Shown: positions 12,801 through 27,100, counted from the stretch's first letter. The stretch is DNA of 49,431 bases from Phoronis australis (GCA_002633005.1 NMRA01000349.1:434522-483952), one strand, 5' to 3'. Notes: generated by a model not told the origin, from the letters alone. Numbers and translations: made by a program.

Positions 12801-15800
12801 AAACTTCAAAAACATATTGCTATAAGTGGGACACCTTGGGGATGCCTTCGATGTCTTTAATTCCATAACAAATACATCCTTAATCATTTTCTCGTGCAGT
12901 CCTTCGTCCAGTTGCCCGAATCGGCAGGTGGCTATTTTGCGCGCGCCAGGACATATGACGTTGGTGCACTTAACGAATTCTACATCAGATCATTGGATTA
13001 CATTTGCAGATCCATATTCTGGATGCCGGATGTGGAACGGGCAACTTTAGCGTAGAGTTATTACGGAAAGGCGTTGGCATGGTTACACTGTTAGACGCGT
13101 CTGAGGGGATGCTTAAAGTTGCCAGACAAAAAGTGTCTAAGTTTGGGGAAGGTAAGTTCAGTAGCTGGGGCATTATTCCTTCATTATTAGATCTGTTCAA
13201 GCATATCCTTTGCTGTCCTTACATCAGGAATATATTTAGCCTTTCGTCCAGTCGCCAGTACGACTAAAACGGTGCTGGGCAACTACAAGATCATTGGTCG
13301 CACCGGTAACCCTATATGGCAAACGATTCAGAGCACAGCTGTAGAGTCCAAGTGAAAAATATTTGTCTTCCGTGAGTTATTCCGCAACTACTGGGCATCC
13401 CAGAATTTTGAAGTAGTGTTTTATACGGGATACTAAATGTTCAGTATACAACTCCACAACCGCCGTCTGACAAGCTCCTATTCGGAAATTTTGATTTAAA
13501 GCCGCTTACCGCTACAAAAAGGGGTGCGTTCTACATATCAAGTTTCTTGCGCGAATAGCGAGATCGCGCAAGTCCAAGCAAAATCACAAAAAATGAAAGT
13601 TAGTAGAGCAGTGTTTTGCGAATATGCTCGATGCCGTGCTTGTAAAATGGAGACTATTGAAGGGACGTTGCTATGGCAGTATTTACTGTTTTCTTTCTAT
13701 TGCTTACATTTTTTCACCTCTTGTGCATGTTCCGTAAAGGCGAGAACCTCACTACGTGAACGCAACTAAGCAACAAACACAAAACTTCGATAGATATCGC
13801 CCAGCATTGCAAGCAAACGACGTGACCACAGCAGCTTTACTGGAGAGATTTTGCGTCCACGAAACTGAACCTCTGGTCTTAGGTTGCCGTTTGCTCAGAT
13901 GCGTGAAGTAATAACTTGGCTAGAAAAGGACTGACACTTCTTTATTACTTGAGATCATCTCGGCTTATAAAACGACCAGGCTAGTGACAAGCCAACGAGA
14001 TGATCTCGTTCTCAAGCAATAAGACTATTCTGAATAAGGAACAAGTAGAGAGTAGATTTAGAGAATTAAGTTAAGCACATTTACTGTTATAAAACATAAG
14101 AATCAATCTAAGATGACTTTTTTGACCGAAGGCTGTGTTGTAGCAGCTTGAAAAGAAACAATGCGATACATTTTGCCACCGTTTGTCCGTATTAGCTAGA
14201 GATTATTATTCGACTCAAATTACGGAGGTTGTTTCGTTACAGAACGGTTTCAGATTGTTCACTCGAGTCTCCCAGATCTCCCATTTGGTGGCGACACTTA
14301 CGATGCCGTGATGTTCAATTTTGTCTTGCACCATCTTGAAGATGGTAGCGACAAAACATTCCAAAACCACGTGAAAGCTTTTACGGTAGGTAAAAATAAT
14401 ATTCGTCGACGAATTTCATTAACATCTATCTTAAAACGGCCACACTTTGGCATGGTTAATTTAGAATGAATCTGTGGTTTTCACAGTACTGTTTGATCTA
14501 GAAACAATTTCGTACGGACATTCTAATTTTTTTACAGGAATCTTACCGAGTTCTCAAACCAGGAGGTTTGCTACTTGTACAGATCCTCTCGCACTTTCAG
14601 TTGCGTGAATGTTTATGGTGGAATGCGTTCGTTCCAGTGAGAGCCCTTGACGCGCTGGTAGACCGCTTCATGGCTCCTGAAGATGTTCAAACTAGTCTCA
14701 AGGTAATGTAATTCCAACCGACGGTAATATCAGGGGCGATTTTTTATGTCAAACGCATTTTGGTCAACACTATATCAATCTAAAAACCCTTTGAAACATG
14801 ATGGGCTCAGATTGGATGGGGAAGTACAAGCAAGCTTTCGATTTTGGCGCTGTTAACTCATTTGAAGACCTTTTGACCAATTCGGTATGTTTTATTTACT
14901 AAAAATATCATGATCCTTTCCAGCCGATTGTGAAACCAATATGAATGACTTGTAACCGGTCAAACGCTGGTTTTACGTCACGTTGCGTACCCTTGTCTTT
15001 TAATGCTGTGAGGTAGCGTTCCATGGAACAAATAGAGTTCATTAATTTTTAACGGAAAGATTCACCTATGCTTTAATAAAGTTCGTTTTGATCTAATTTA
15101 GCGCTGCGTTCGTGGTCATCACTATTGTTTTTACAAAAATCGAGGACGTAAAAGATTAAATGTAATTCTTAATAGGCCTACTTAATTGACAGGGTATACA
15201 AAACAAGCCAAAATATCAAAAAAATTTCATAATGCTAACATTCCAGCAATTCAATTAGTAATATGTATTGTCATTTTACACGCCCTCAAACAGTGCCATT
15301 TCAACCGTGCAGCCTAAGTTAGAACATTGCGTTTTAACTTTAAAAAATTACAAGTAATTTGTGTTCCTATTTACAAACTTACAGAGCTAATAATTATTGC
15401 AACATTACTGCCTAGAGCTTTATGCTTTATTTTATGCTCAAAAATATTGATTTCTGTTTCAGGAATTATGGTTTGGTATGAGTTTTAAAGTGTTTTATTT
15501 TGGTCAGCAGTAGAACTGCCATTTGGACATTGCTTGTCGTAGAGCAAAAGCAATTTTTGAACCTCAATCATTTACTGGTGATACATCGAGTGTTGATCTG
15601 GCTGCAATTTTTTCTACCTGTGTAAAGAAACTCATCAAAACTCGACGCTAGAATCTATCTTTACATTGAATTCTTGATTGGACGATGAAACAGTACCCGT
15701 TTGTGCGTGGTGACTCGATCAGGAACTTTACGTGTCTTTCTGTTGCTGTGTAGCAAGAGGTTTCTTCTCATGACGACGGGAATAGACAGAAATTTTTCTT

Positions 15801-17964
15801 TACGCTCCAAGTTAAAAATTTCCAAATAAATGCTTTAGTCCTGTAATTAGAAGCACGTCACTACTTGGGAATAATTTATATTTTTTTGCTCAGTATGTAG
15901 CAGTTGTGTTGATATTCTTAGATACTTTGTTCATGTGCTAAACTGAGTTTTAATAATTTTTCAGAAATAGTTATGTGGAGCGTCAGACCAAATTTCTGTC
16001 TTGAGTCTGAAATCACTCTTCCTGTTGTCATGAAGGAGACCCCTGGAGTTGCGCTAAATACAAAAATAAAATTTTACATACTTACTCGATATATGTACAT
16101 GCATTTAAATGACGAAATTGTTTGATCTAGCCCTGAAGTTATTGTAACCCTGCCATTCATTAATTTAAAATTATTTCATTAAAAATTGCATCGTCTCCTG
16201 CTTTCTCATAGACCATTGTGTACCGCGATTCAGTACGTAAATTGCTGAAACGCGTTGATGTGAACTTAACCAGTAAAAAAGCCTCGCGGCACGAAACTAA
16301 AACGCCCCCACTGTAATGACCTTGAACTTGTTTGTCCACCATCTTCTCGAGTGCAATAGGGTTTTCTGTTATTTTTGCGCGGAACGCCATATGCAAAAAT
16401 TTTGTTGTAAGGAAAAAATGACAACAATTTTTGTTAATGCTATGAAAATCCGCAGTTACAGGGTAGGGCAAATTGATCACAAACAGATAAAGGTCAACAA
16501 GAAACCACTTTCAGAACTGAAATTTGGAAAACACATTTGAATGAACCGCCTTGTTCAACCTTTTCTTTCCCTATAAAAACATTTGATGTCTTTGCCCATT
16601 GAAATCGGTAGCTTTTGAGGGGCGTTGCCCTCAGAAGTTACGCCTCTGTCGGATATGTGAAGATGGAGATTTTTTTTCTAGTTCTTCGAAAGTGGATTAC
16701 TACAACTAGCGTCGGCTATCTTTACTATTTTCTTGAGGTATCTAGACGATTGTGTTGGCGGCGTAAGGCAGGGCATCTAATAGACACGTGGCCAAAAATT
16801 GTAATAGAACACACGTAAACAACTTACTCGAGCTGATCTACACATTCAAAATTGGATTTTTTTACTACCGCTTTTTTTTCTTTTATTTACTTTATTTCGG
16901 AGCAGCCTGTTCAATTGACTTTAAATATGTCGAGCAAAACAATTTTCTGCAACCGCCAAAGTTGCAATATAACGCTCAACTGACGAAGTTAAATCCCTCT
17001 CGATAAATGACAGTGTTTTAAGCACATTTTACCCACGCACTTTAATATTTTTCACCGACCTTGATTCCATCGTATGTCTGGCAGACAGCGTCGATGTGTA
17101 ATAAGATAACAAAAAACAACATGGCTTGTTGTTTCTTAAGTCTAGTCAAAAGTAATAACTCCGAGAAGTCTTTCCCATCCAACAATAATCTTAAAAATTC
17201 ATTTTTGACCCTAAAATCGAAAGTGTCCCTTTAAAGGAATTATTTAAACGTTGCTTACTTATATTGCACTAGTCAAAATGCAGCATGTGGATACCAGAAT
17301 GAAACATTTATTTTCCAGGACATTGGCTTTGTTCAAACGCTTCGCTACAGCACAATTGACGAGTTGTTCCTAAGTAAGGACGTGCACCTAGATGTTAACG
17401 GGATACTACGAAAAGTAGGTTTCCTTCTGTGAAGTACACAGCGATTATTGTTATTTGTTGGGTCTCCATTTGTCTTGATCCTAAGTGAATGTCGCATCGC
17501 CAGAATAATTACATACTCGGCTCGCAACTAAATTTATTGACATAGAATAATATTTTTATCTTAAGGAACGTTACATTATTTAAATGATGTAATAGATACT
17601 GGGATGCGTGTATAACATGATGTGCATAACTAATGAATTATTGGTACTGTATGCAAAATTTCTCCTTTCATATTCAAGTAGTTTAATTTTGACTGCTTTT
17701 GATTACCTTCAGGCCAACAATTCAGATGTTTTAACTTATTCCGTTCTCAGTTGATTTGTGTGCAATAGGTGTCTTCTGTTTCAGGAATGGCGAGATATGT
17801 ATTCAGGGTTTTCGTTATGTACTCCAGACGAAATAGACGACATGGTGAAGAAAGTGTCGGACATGATGAAGGACGGAACGTTTCATGAAGTCTTCGACAA
17901 ACAAGAGGAAAACAGGCGCAATGCCGGAGTTATTACAATTTTGATTGCCACGAAGCCGCATTAA
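9581..17964 (+). CDS. Class I SAM-dependent methyltransferase, copy 2, 280 aa (exons 9581-9697, 13010-13151, 14243-14385, 14538-14702, 17319-17414, 17785-17964)
   Basis: Starts MSTYETYNEVCSKYDIGRQAVG...LDR|GTATGT. Exons of 117/142/143/165/96/180 nt splice in frame with GT-AG. Contains ILDAGCGTG, VLHHL and RVLKPGG; about 90% aa identity to copy 1 over exons 2-6. Confidence 0.92.
11200..12560 (-). pseudogene. Decayed TatD-family DNase-like ORF, probably transposon-borne, in methyltransferase intron 1
   Basis: TatD-like motifs occur in correct order across frameshifts and stops: GIAVYCDQKSW (11800-11832), KIAVGFQTKH (11742-11771), LLDPDRVVSALQGRDY (11645-11692), RPVVFHTRE (11502-11528), KKWSAQFPNTYFSVTG (11370-11417), IRANPANLMVEIDFP (11285-11329). 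Confidence 0.62.
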
Positions 17965-20154
17965 TACAAGAAAACGATTACAAAGTTATGTTTTGTTTGT
18001 TGACCATAACAGTTCAAATATGTCAATAGTTAGGGTACCAGGTAAACATTCCTAGAAGTCGAATCATTTTCTTACGTGCATGTACGAAACCAAGAGCAAA
18101 AATTGTGTACATGTAAAAGGTTCGGGCGAGGCAAAAGACGGTAATATTAAAAAGACGTTATTGTCGTTGAAGAAAATAACACCCTACAAATAAATTAAAA
18201 TACAATTTAAGCACACACAATAACATGCAATACAACACAATTATTACAATACAATATCGCAGTTTTTACAATCTTACAATAGGTTAATTCCCATTAAGTT
18301 ATCATTTATATAGACAATCATGTACCCCATTTTGCTAAACACAAATTTAGGAACGCATCAAGATTGACCCATGACGCTGTCGGTATGTGTAAGGATGTAC
18401 ACACTTCTGTTTTACTTGTAGTGTGCAACAGAGGTATGTTTTTGCAGAAAGAAATACGCTTCCATGCTATCCTAAATCATTCAGCCACGTCTAGTGGTCG
18501 TCTCCCATGGCTTTGGTTTACTTCCTTGACGGCTTAAGATTTCGTCGTTTGTGGCCTCCTGCTTCTCTCGGAAGACTATTGTATATTTATATACAGCAGT
18601 TACAACGATAGCTTTACGACTTGCGAAATAAGTTAAGTGTGCATTGTCAGTTGTTGAATACTGAGTTGATTTTCGCACTACGACATGTAAGGTCAAGAGG
18701 TAATGACTTTCAAGTCGAGCTTCTTAATCACTGATTTCAGGCACAATGTCATGGTTACGACATTATCCCTTTGTGACGCTTTTTATCAAAAATGAAGAGA
18801 AAATTGAAACGTCGTGTGATAACAAGTGAGTTCCTACGTATTTTATTCTTTCGGCGCTCGAAGCTCAGTAGCCTACCATTTACAGTGAAATTCATTGATT
18901 GAGGTTGCATCAACAGGCTGTATGTGAAACGCCTAATAACTGAAAACGTTGACATCATAGTCCACCTAACTGCATGGAGTATTTCACCTGTTTATAGTAA
19001 CAGTGTAATTAGGCTCACAAAAGTTTTCGCCGTGCGATTTAAAGTTCTGCAAAGGGTATCGTTTCCCACTACAAAAATATGTATTAAAACTTTTTGGTAA
19101 CCAGACCCCTTTGAATACGGGGTATCTCCTAATATTTTTAAGGCTTATCGGGTTAAAATACAGCTGTCCAAGAATCCTTGCACAAAGGTTAAGTTTGTGG
19201 AATTAACCCTTACAGAAGGGTTGTACTGCTAAGCCTTGATGTCACAACAAGTTAAGCTCTCAAAATGGAGAGTAACAGAGTACGACATGATTTCCATTGT
19301 TGTTCATTTTTATGTTTTGACAGAAACACGGCTCTTCCATCCATTAACATTTGAAGGGAAAACTACATGTTCTTACTTTGTAGTGTCCGACTGACTAATA
19401 TCATTCACGAGCTGGGTAATCGCACCTTGTAGAGGAAAATTCTCTAGTCCCAGCCTTTTGCTATCGCGTTAGCATGACTTAAGACAATTGGCAACTGTTA
19501 TGTTGCATACCTCTGAACCACAATGCGGGTAACTAGCCATACCAGGCTGTTTTGGGTTCAACTTTCGGGTGGAGATTTCATTTGAATCAACATGAGGCAA
19601 ATACTGTTCTGCTGCAGGAGACGTTTTGAAGTCATAAAAATGCGTCCGAACATCGAAACTAAAGAATGGCAGGCGTAAAATATGAAACCAGTGTTAATTT
19701 GTGTTTATTTTCATATTACACATCCCTTGATGTGAAATTTGTTCATAATATTGTAATTTAAATAGGCAACTCACGATCAAAATTCGCCGGTTTACCGGAC
19801 GTTCGTGACCAAAATTCGGCATTCGGTTTACCGGATGTTCTGTCTTTGTGTAAGGATGATTTAAAATTGCCAGATAACAACCAATAGAAAACGTCCTTAT
19901 TAGCGAGGGCTTGTTGAAATATTCGTCAGAACCAATCGGACATCTCAGGGTTTTCGGTTGTTTTTGATGCAATGGGGTTCTCGAAACGGGAATCAACCGA
20001 TAGATTTTGCACCATTTCTTTCAGAACATGGAATATTGTCAAATGTTTTCCGTTTTGATTACCCGCGGATAGATTACATCGATGGCTAACACGACTTCGA
20101 GAATTATAGCTTGTAAATTGCGTAATTCGTTTAAATAATAAACTTACTGTATAT
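12119..20154 (+). repeat. Segmental duplication unit B (paralogous to 1-7784)
   Basis: Near-identical to unit A at the 5' end and more diverged, with many indels, toward the 3' end. Confidence 0.9.
16012..16831. mobile_element. ~0.8 kb insertion specific to copy-2 intron 4 (probable transposon fragment)
   Basis: Flanks GAGTCTGAA and CTGATCTACACATTC are about 12 bp apart in copy 1 (4122-4157) but about 820 bp apart here. Confidence 0.55.
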
Positions 20155-21111
20155 CTGGCTCTTAATTAACTTGTTAAAAGCGCATAATCGACTAACGCCA
20201 GTCCCGTCTGTAATGTAAAGTCGAAACCCAATATTTTTTTTTTGAGCCACGGTTGAATTTGCCTGCTATATTTCATTAAAAATAGGCCCCTGCTGTAACG
20301 GCTTATCATTTTAAGTTTTGTGATACATGTGAAGCCCGCGAATGGCATTTGGTTATTTTTGAGTCTGTTGTGAGTGACAGATTGCCAGTTGTTGATTCCT
20401 TCATGGGCGGCACACCATAGAGGACTGGGGGGATAGACCTCACCTTTTTCAGTGGTGCGCAACCCGTGTTCTTGGCCAACGTTTTGCCCAGTCGTGTCTT
20501 TGCTTAAGCCTTGACTCCTTGCAAGCGGGAAGTTGAAATTTTGCTGGTAATCCAGATACCCTTCAGACACTGCGAGCTAGTCAACACCCACTTTTCGCCA
20601 CATTTCTGTAATGTACCGGGTACTCGAGAATTTTGGCAGTAGGCTCAACGTACTGAATCTCAGTTTGTAATAATCGCTTACAAATTGCGTCTCAGTTGAG
20701 GTGAAAACTCTTGATTTGGTGTAGGCCTATTTTTGCTCGTTTTTAGTACCCTACTCCACCTCCGGTAGTTTTTTTAAAAACCTTAAAAGGTTGAAAAAAT
20801 TGGCTTTCACATCAGTTTCAACAGACTTTGGTGCAAGGTTTTTGAAGTCGCTGGCCCAATACACTTTTCATATTTTCGGGTTTGGTACATCCTGTGGAAC
20901 AGACTGTTGGAGCTGCCAAGACCTGTTTTTTCAAATCTTTAATCCAAAAATTGTCGTGCCTGCAGCCATTCCGAAGATATATCGCGGCAAGTGCAAGGAT
21001 CACGTGATAACATTTTTGGAACGCAGCCCAAAGTGATAGTGAATGACCTAGTAAATCGCCCTACCTAGCTCAGCCGGTAGTTCCTTGTTCCAGCACGTTG
21101 CTTTACCGGAG

Positions 21112-24100
21112 ATGAGCACATTCGAGTCTTACGATTGCGTATGTAGTTCCTACGACAAAGGGCGCGTGCCTGCGGGCATGGAACTTTATCGAAGCTTCCT
21201 GTCAACGCTCTCACAACCATTAGATCAGGTGTGTCCATTTCCATGGTATAACGTTTTGCAAATGAGGTTTTAGCGTTTTGCCATGACAGCCGGTCTATTT
21301 CCGGTGGATGTATGACCTGGGCAGGGACAATTTCAATACCACAACACCCTGCGTAATATTGGGACATTACTTTTTCATCGACCTAGTATGATTGTATCTC
21401 GGTCCAACTGACGTAGGAATACAAAAATTAAGTCGACAATCACGCCTCGTTTTGTTTTGCCGTGTAATTTGCATTGCATTTTGATTCGCACAACGACAAT
21501 GGAGACCACTAACACTAATTTTCAGATTGCTTGTCTAGTGCAGACCACCCAATTCATTTCTCACGATGTCGGTGACCAAACAACAAATTCCTCGCCTTAC
21601 GAGGTCAATACGCCATTCTCAAAATACGTATGTGGCTGACATATCAACGCGAAGCTTAGCCAGCATAACACGGACCTCGTCTGGCTAGTCCTGCCGCTCG
21701 AGTTCGTGTACCCAACTGGTTACTTTTCAAGGAACATTTTGGTGCGTTCATGCATCTATGGTCCAGAATGAGGTATCACCTAGTAAGCAATGATCGACAT
21801 AAACGAGTAAACGCTTGAAATTAAGAATGGAAAAGGTAAAATAGAAGTTGAACGTTGGTTGAACATTGGTCTCACTCGGCCCGCAAAGGACGCCGGCCGG
21901 ACGGATGTTAGACGGTTTTATCGTTGGTCATCACTTTTTAAGAGGACAAGAGTGTAAATATGCCGTCACACATGCGGACATATACTCGGATTTTACGTTT
22001 TCGGGGGTACCACCTTCAGGACTGTGAAATGTGCGTCTGCGCCTTTGTAGTGGACTATTGTCTCGTTTTCTCGGACTTTTTGTTTCTCTGAGGCGGACCT
22101 TTTTGTCCACTTCGCCCCCCGAGAACCCACCCCCCCCGGGTGCGCGCATGGTTCATGTCGAACACTGCCTACTATGTGATACTATATTCGGGAACGTAGA
22201 TCAATTCATCAATGTAGTCAGTTATTAAAACACAGTTCGGGACGGGTGAGTGCGCGAGACCAATCCGGAGATCACCGAGTCGTCACGGCGTAAAGGTAGG
22301 TGTTGCATAGAAATAGCCTTCAGGAATTAGGTATATTTCAGGCAAGTCTTGACAGACAATGACACTGGCAACCAACAGGTAATCAATACTGGTGAATGTC
22401 TCGTTTAAAAAATCGTAACTGAAAAACAGTGTGGTTGCTTTCCGCCACTATTCTTCTAAATTTGTGAGCGATCTTATGTATTAGCTTTGAGACGGCTGAT
22501 TCTTCAAATAAAGTCCCCCTTCACAAGGTTTTGTTAGCACGCAACAAATTATTATGGTTGCTGTCACCAAAATCTAGATTTATTAAACTTTTCGGGTTCA
22601 CTTTGGTGTAATTTTTAAGTCAGCTAGAGATGCCGGCGAACTAAATTGCTGGTGATTTCGCCTCAGCAAAGTTGTCCCCAGCACCACAGAACTGGAGGAA
22701 TGGAAAGCCATGCGTGACCCATGAGTTTTAGTGGCAGAGTTGTTGCGAAACCGAGATTTCACGGAACTAGGCGCGAAAGTTTGCACTGCGCATTCCCCAA
22801 TTGTCCGCGGATCGACTGATTTTTGATCGAGTATTGCAGTTATCTATTTTTAGACTTATTTCACTGCTTCCTTTTTATTTTGTCATTTTTGCTCATTATG
22901 GAATCATCAGGCGAGGTTCTTGAGATAAACGCGATGAGCCCGTGAAACACGTTGAAATACGTCTTGTTTGCAGATACATGTTTTGGATGCCGGATGTGGG
23001 ACTGGGAATTACAGTGTGGAGTTACTACGTAACGGCGTTGGCAAGGTTACCATGCTGGATGCCTCAGAGGGGATGCTTGACGCGGCGAGACGAAAGATGG
23101 TCGATTTTGGTGAAGGTGCGTTCAGAATCTAGCCGTCCACACACAGATTTACCCGAGACAAGTTACTCCTGGAACGAGTTGTCTCTAAGTTTGAGTGCTT
23201 AAACTAGCATATCTTACCCGACTTGTAACAACTTACACCGCAATATCGAGGTGGAGCAACTTGTTCTTGGGTAACTTGCGCCACTTGTAATCGCTGTGTG
23301 GCCCCGCAAAAATGGGGTAGGGCGGAAGTAATTGTCAGCTGCGGTTACATGCAGGCAGGTTTTCTTTTGCGCGTGGTATTGGCATTAGGTGTTCATTAAT
23401 TGTCACGCACAGAGCGGTAACTTCCGCCTTACCTTATTTATCGGACTTGTGTGTGTCGACGCTCCACTTAAAAGTGGATAAGTTGCACTAGTGTGAGCTG
23501 TTTTAGTTAAATTACGAAAAGCTATAATTAAGTTGAAAATATGTCTGGGATAACCAACGAATCTAATTTTTGCTAAAAATGACATGAAAAAGGGTTGCCT
23601 TCGCCTTTAAAGGGTAGTCTTCATGTCATTTTTAGCAAAAATTAGATTCGTTGGTTATCCCAGACATATTTTCAACTTAATTACAGCTTTTCGTAATTTA
23701 ACTAAAGTGAAGTGACGTTTTGGGAGGCAAGCAGGTGTCTGGCGAGGGAGTCACACGGCGGGGTGTAAGCAGTTTGTGTGCTCAGGTCACTATCCAGTGG
23801 GAGTGTGTTGCGTTACACTTGGGCAAATGGGACAGTTGTTCCTCTGTCCGTGAGACAATAATGAGTACATCCCGGTACGCAGCAACAGTGTGGCATGTTG
23901 ACTGACTCGTAAACAATAGCAAACGACGACCGAACTTATCACAACCGAGATAGAACAATGACTGACTCGGCAGCTCTCACAGTCAGACTATATGAAAAAG
24001 AAATTGGCGCGAAATTCTTGCCTCCCAAAACGTCACTTCCGGAGTAGAGAATGAATAATTAATTAAATTACAAAAAGCTGTAATTAAGTGGAAAATTTGT

Positions 24101-27100
24101 CTGGAATAACCAACGAACCTTATTATTGCTAAAAAAACATGAAAAAGGGTTGCCTTCGCCTTTAAAGGGTAGTCTACGTGTGGACGGGACTTAGTTACTA
24201 TGTTACAAATTTTCTGTGGAGAATCACAAATCATACGATTTAAAGAGGCATGGAACGCGAAAGTAATGTGACAGTTACGCGCTTTGGATAATGCACGGAT
24301 TTCTAGACAATATCGTCAGACTCACATACACGAAACATAGACGAAATAAAAACTCTTTCATCCCAATACATTTTTCGAATTCTCTGCCCCCAATAATATG
24401 TATGAGCCCAAATGCGCTCAAAGAAGTCTGAGTGGCTGCTGCTAATTGAAATCGCCATTGTTTTGTTTACATCAAAGGTCAAGGATCACATTTTCCATAT
24501 AAGGGAAATGTGCTACCTATGTCTTACCCATAGTGTAATGCCTATGGTCTTGCTATACCAAAAAAGGAGAGAAGTGCTTTGACATGTGGGAGAAAAATCG
24601 ACGAAGTGGATTTTTTGAAATTTAAAACTAAAAGAAAAATGCTTTGACATCAACAGAAATTTATAACGTTTACGAACAAACTGTGAAACTACCTGGTGAA
24701 CAGTTTGACTTCTGTTTTAATGGCAGAAAACCCTTTGAATGATGCAATTTAGTCTGTTTTTCACGTTCTAGTCCACTTTAATATTATGCTCCTTTCAGAG
24801 ACTATACTGATACTGGAGACCTATAATGCTTGCAGAACGTTACAAGATTGTTCAATCGAATTTACCTGATCTCCCGTTTGACGACGACACCTTCGACGCA
24901 GTGATGTTCAATATGGTCTTGCACCACCTTGACGACGGAAGCGACCATGGATTTAAGAACCACGTGAAGACATTTGCGGTAAGAGAAGAACGAATTGCAG
25001 TTTTAGCTCTTTGAACTCAATACGCAAGATGTATGAAATCGACTTTACATTTAACTTAAGCATGTGGCTTAGTTGTGTTATCCCGACCGAGCACATTGCT
25101 GACGGCATTCTCCATTTTGAGAGTCACATTGAAGTTAGCACACCGGTAGATATGAAACATCCGAGAGATAATTGAAGGCAACAAAAGTACCTGAGATGTT
25201 TCGGATGCATTTGTGCATGTGAGAACTTCAGCCATACGGATAATCATTCCCCTGAGTTTAAAAGTCACATTTTTGCCACCGTATCACTGAATACCGCACA
25301 TGCGCAGACTAACGTTCACCTTCGAGGGTATCTCGAATATAACACTGCTCGTTCGTGTCACGGCTAAAGGGGTGCAGAATTATCGTAAACTTTTGTTCCA
25401 TCGGATTATGAAAGGTAGAGGTGCACAGACATCATCGAGGTACCTGTTAAACAGAAGATGGACACCATTTCCCTAAGTTCACCTTCTCCACCTGCTAGGA
25501 GTCTTCGTTTTTAAACGCGAAGCGTCGGGAGCTGCAACCATTTTAGTGACTCTAGGGTGCCGTCCACAAGCAGACTTAACCTGGTGCAAGTTACTCCTGG
25601 TACGAGTTGTCGCTTGGTTTGAGAGATGAGTGGGCGCTATTTAAACTAGCGCAACTTACCCCACTTTAATTGTGACAACTTGATTCCACCTTTTCGAGGT
25701 GGGATAACTTGTTCTATGGTAACTTGCGCCACTCGTGATCGCTTTGTGGCCGCAAAAATGGGGTAACGACATTAGTTTTTGATTAAGGCCCAGTTGCTTA
25801 TAAGTTATACGCTGTATAGCAACAATGACGTCGCATTATCACAAGCCACGTTTGTTATTGTTGAATAATGCGCCTGACGTCATGCAACAATCAAATTAAT
25901 TTACCCAGCGGATAACTTTGACGGAAGTTTCATGCAAGCCAGCCCAGATGCATTATAGGACGCTAACGACGCACTTGATAACAATGTTTATGATCAACGT
26001 TTCGATTTAAAGCTAAAATCTTCATCAGGTATGAGTCATGCTCTACCTCACTTCACCATACACTGCATAGTACAAGCGACAAGTAGAGAGATGTCTAAAG
26101 TGGGGTAGGGCGGAAGTAATTTTCAGCTGCGGTTACATAGGAAAGGGTTTTCTCTGGCGTTAAGTGTTCATTGTCACGCACAAAGGGACCACTTCCGTCT
26201 TTCCAATGTTATTGGATGTGTGTGTGTGCGTGTGGACAAGTTGTTCTAGGATAGGCTGTGTGTGGTGGACGGGACTAAGCTCACAACGCTGATAGGCCTA
26301 TCACTCGTGCGCGTCAACAGTCACCTCAGTTCTAGTCCAATTTAGGATTGCCCGAGAATACACGCCCAAGGTAAATGATTACGACAATTCTTGGAAAGTA
26401 GTATACATAGATTTCGCACAAGCTAAGCTGGTGGAGAATTATTCGGGCCGCAAACGTCACGTCCGGATTGACGCATGCAGGATTTATAGAACCCGGAGAA
26501 TTTAATTAACTTGAAAATTTATGAAGGATAATCCGAAATTCGTAATTTAACCAAAATGACAGTAAGACGACTCGTTTCCGTTTTAACTTCGATGTTTGTT
26601 TTTTCTTGCGGGGAGCTGTGAGATGTTTTATTTGATAAATTAAATCTGATTTTATGTTTTATCGGGATATGATTTTAATTCGTGTTTAAGCATCCCGACT
26701 TATATTTATGTTACGTTTACCATGGACGTTGAGGGCTGAAAATGATGCCAAGCGGCATTTATTTGACCCTACGCAACTTGGAAAAAACACATTTTTAGTG
26801 CATTTTTAGCGATTATTAGTGTGTATGTGTAACTGTAATAGTCGCGTCCTACTGGGCGGCTACATTCAACACCGTTGCCATAGTTTTCTTTATGATTTAC
26901 AGGAATCCTTTCGAGTGTTAAAACCTGGTGGACTCTTAATCCTGCAGTGCGCTACCAAGTTTCAAGTCCGAGAGTGTTTGTGGTGGAATGCATTTATTCC
27001 CGTCCGTGCTGTAAACGCTTTCTGTGACCGTATAATCGACGTCGGGCAAACTAAAACTATGTTAAAGGTGACTGGTTGTCATACTTTTAAACGAGACATA

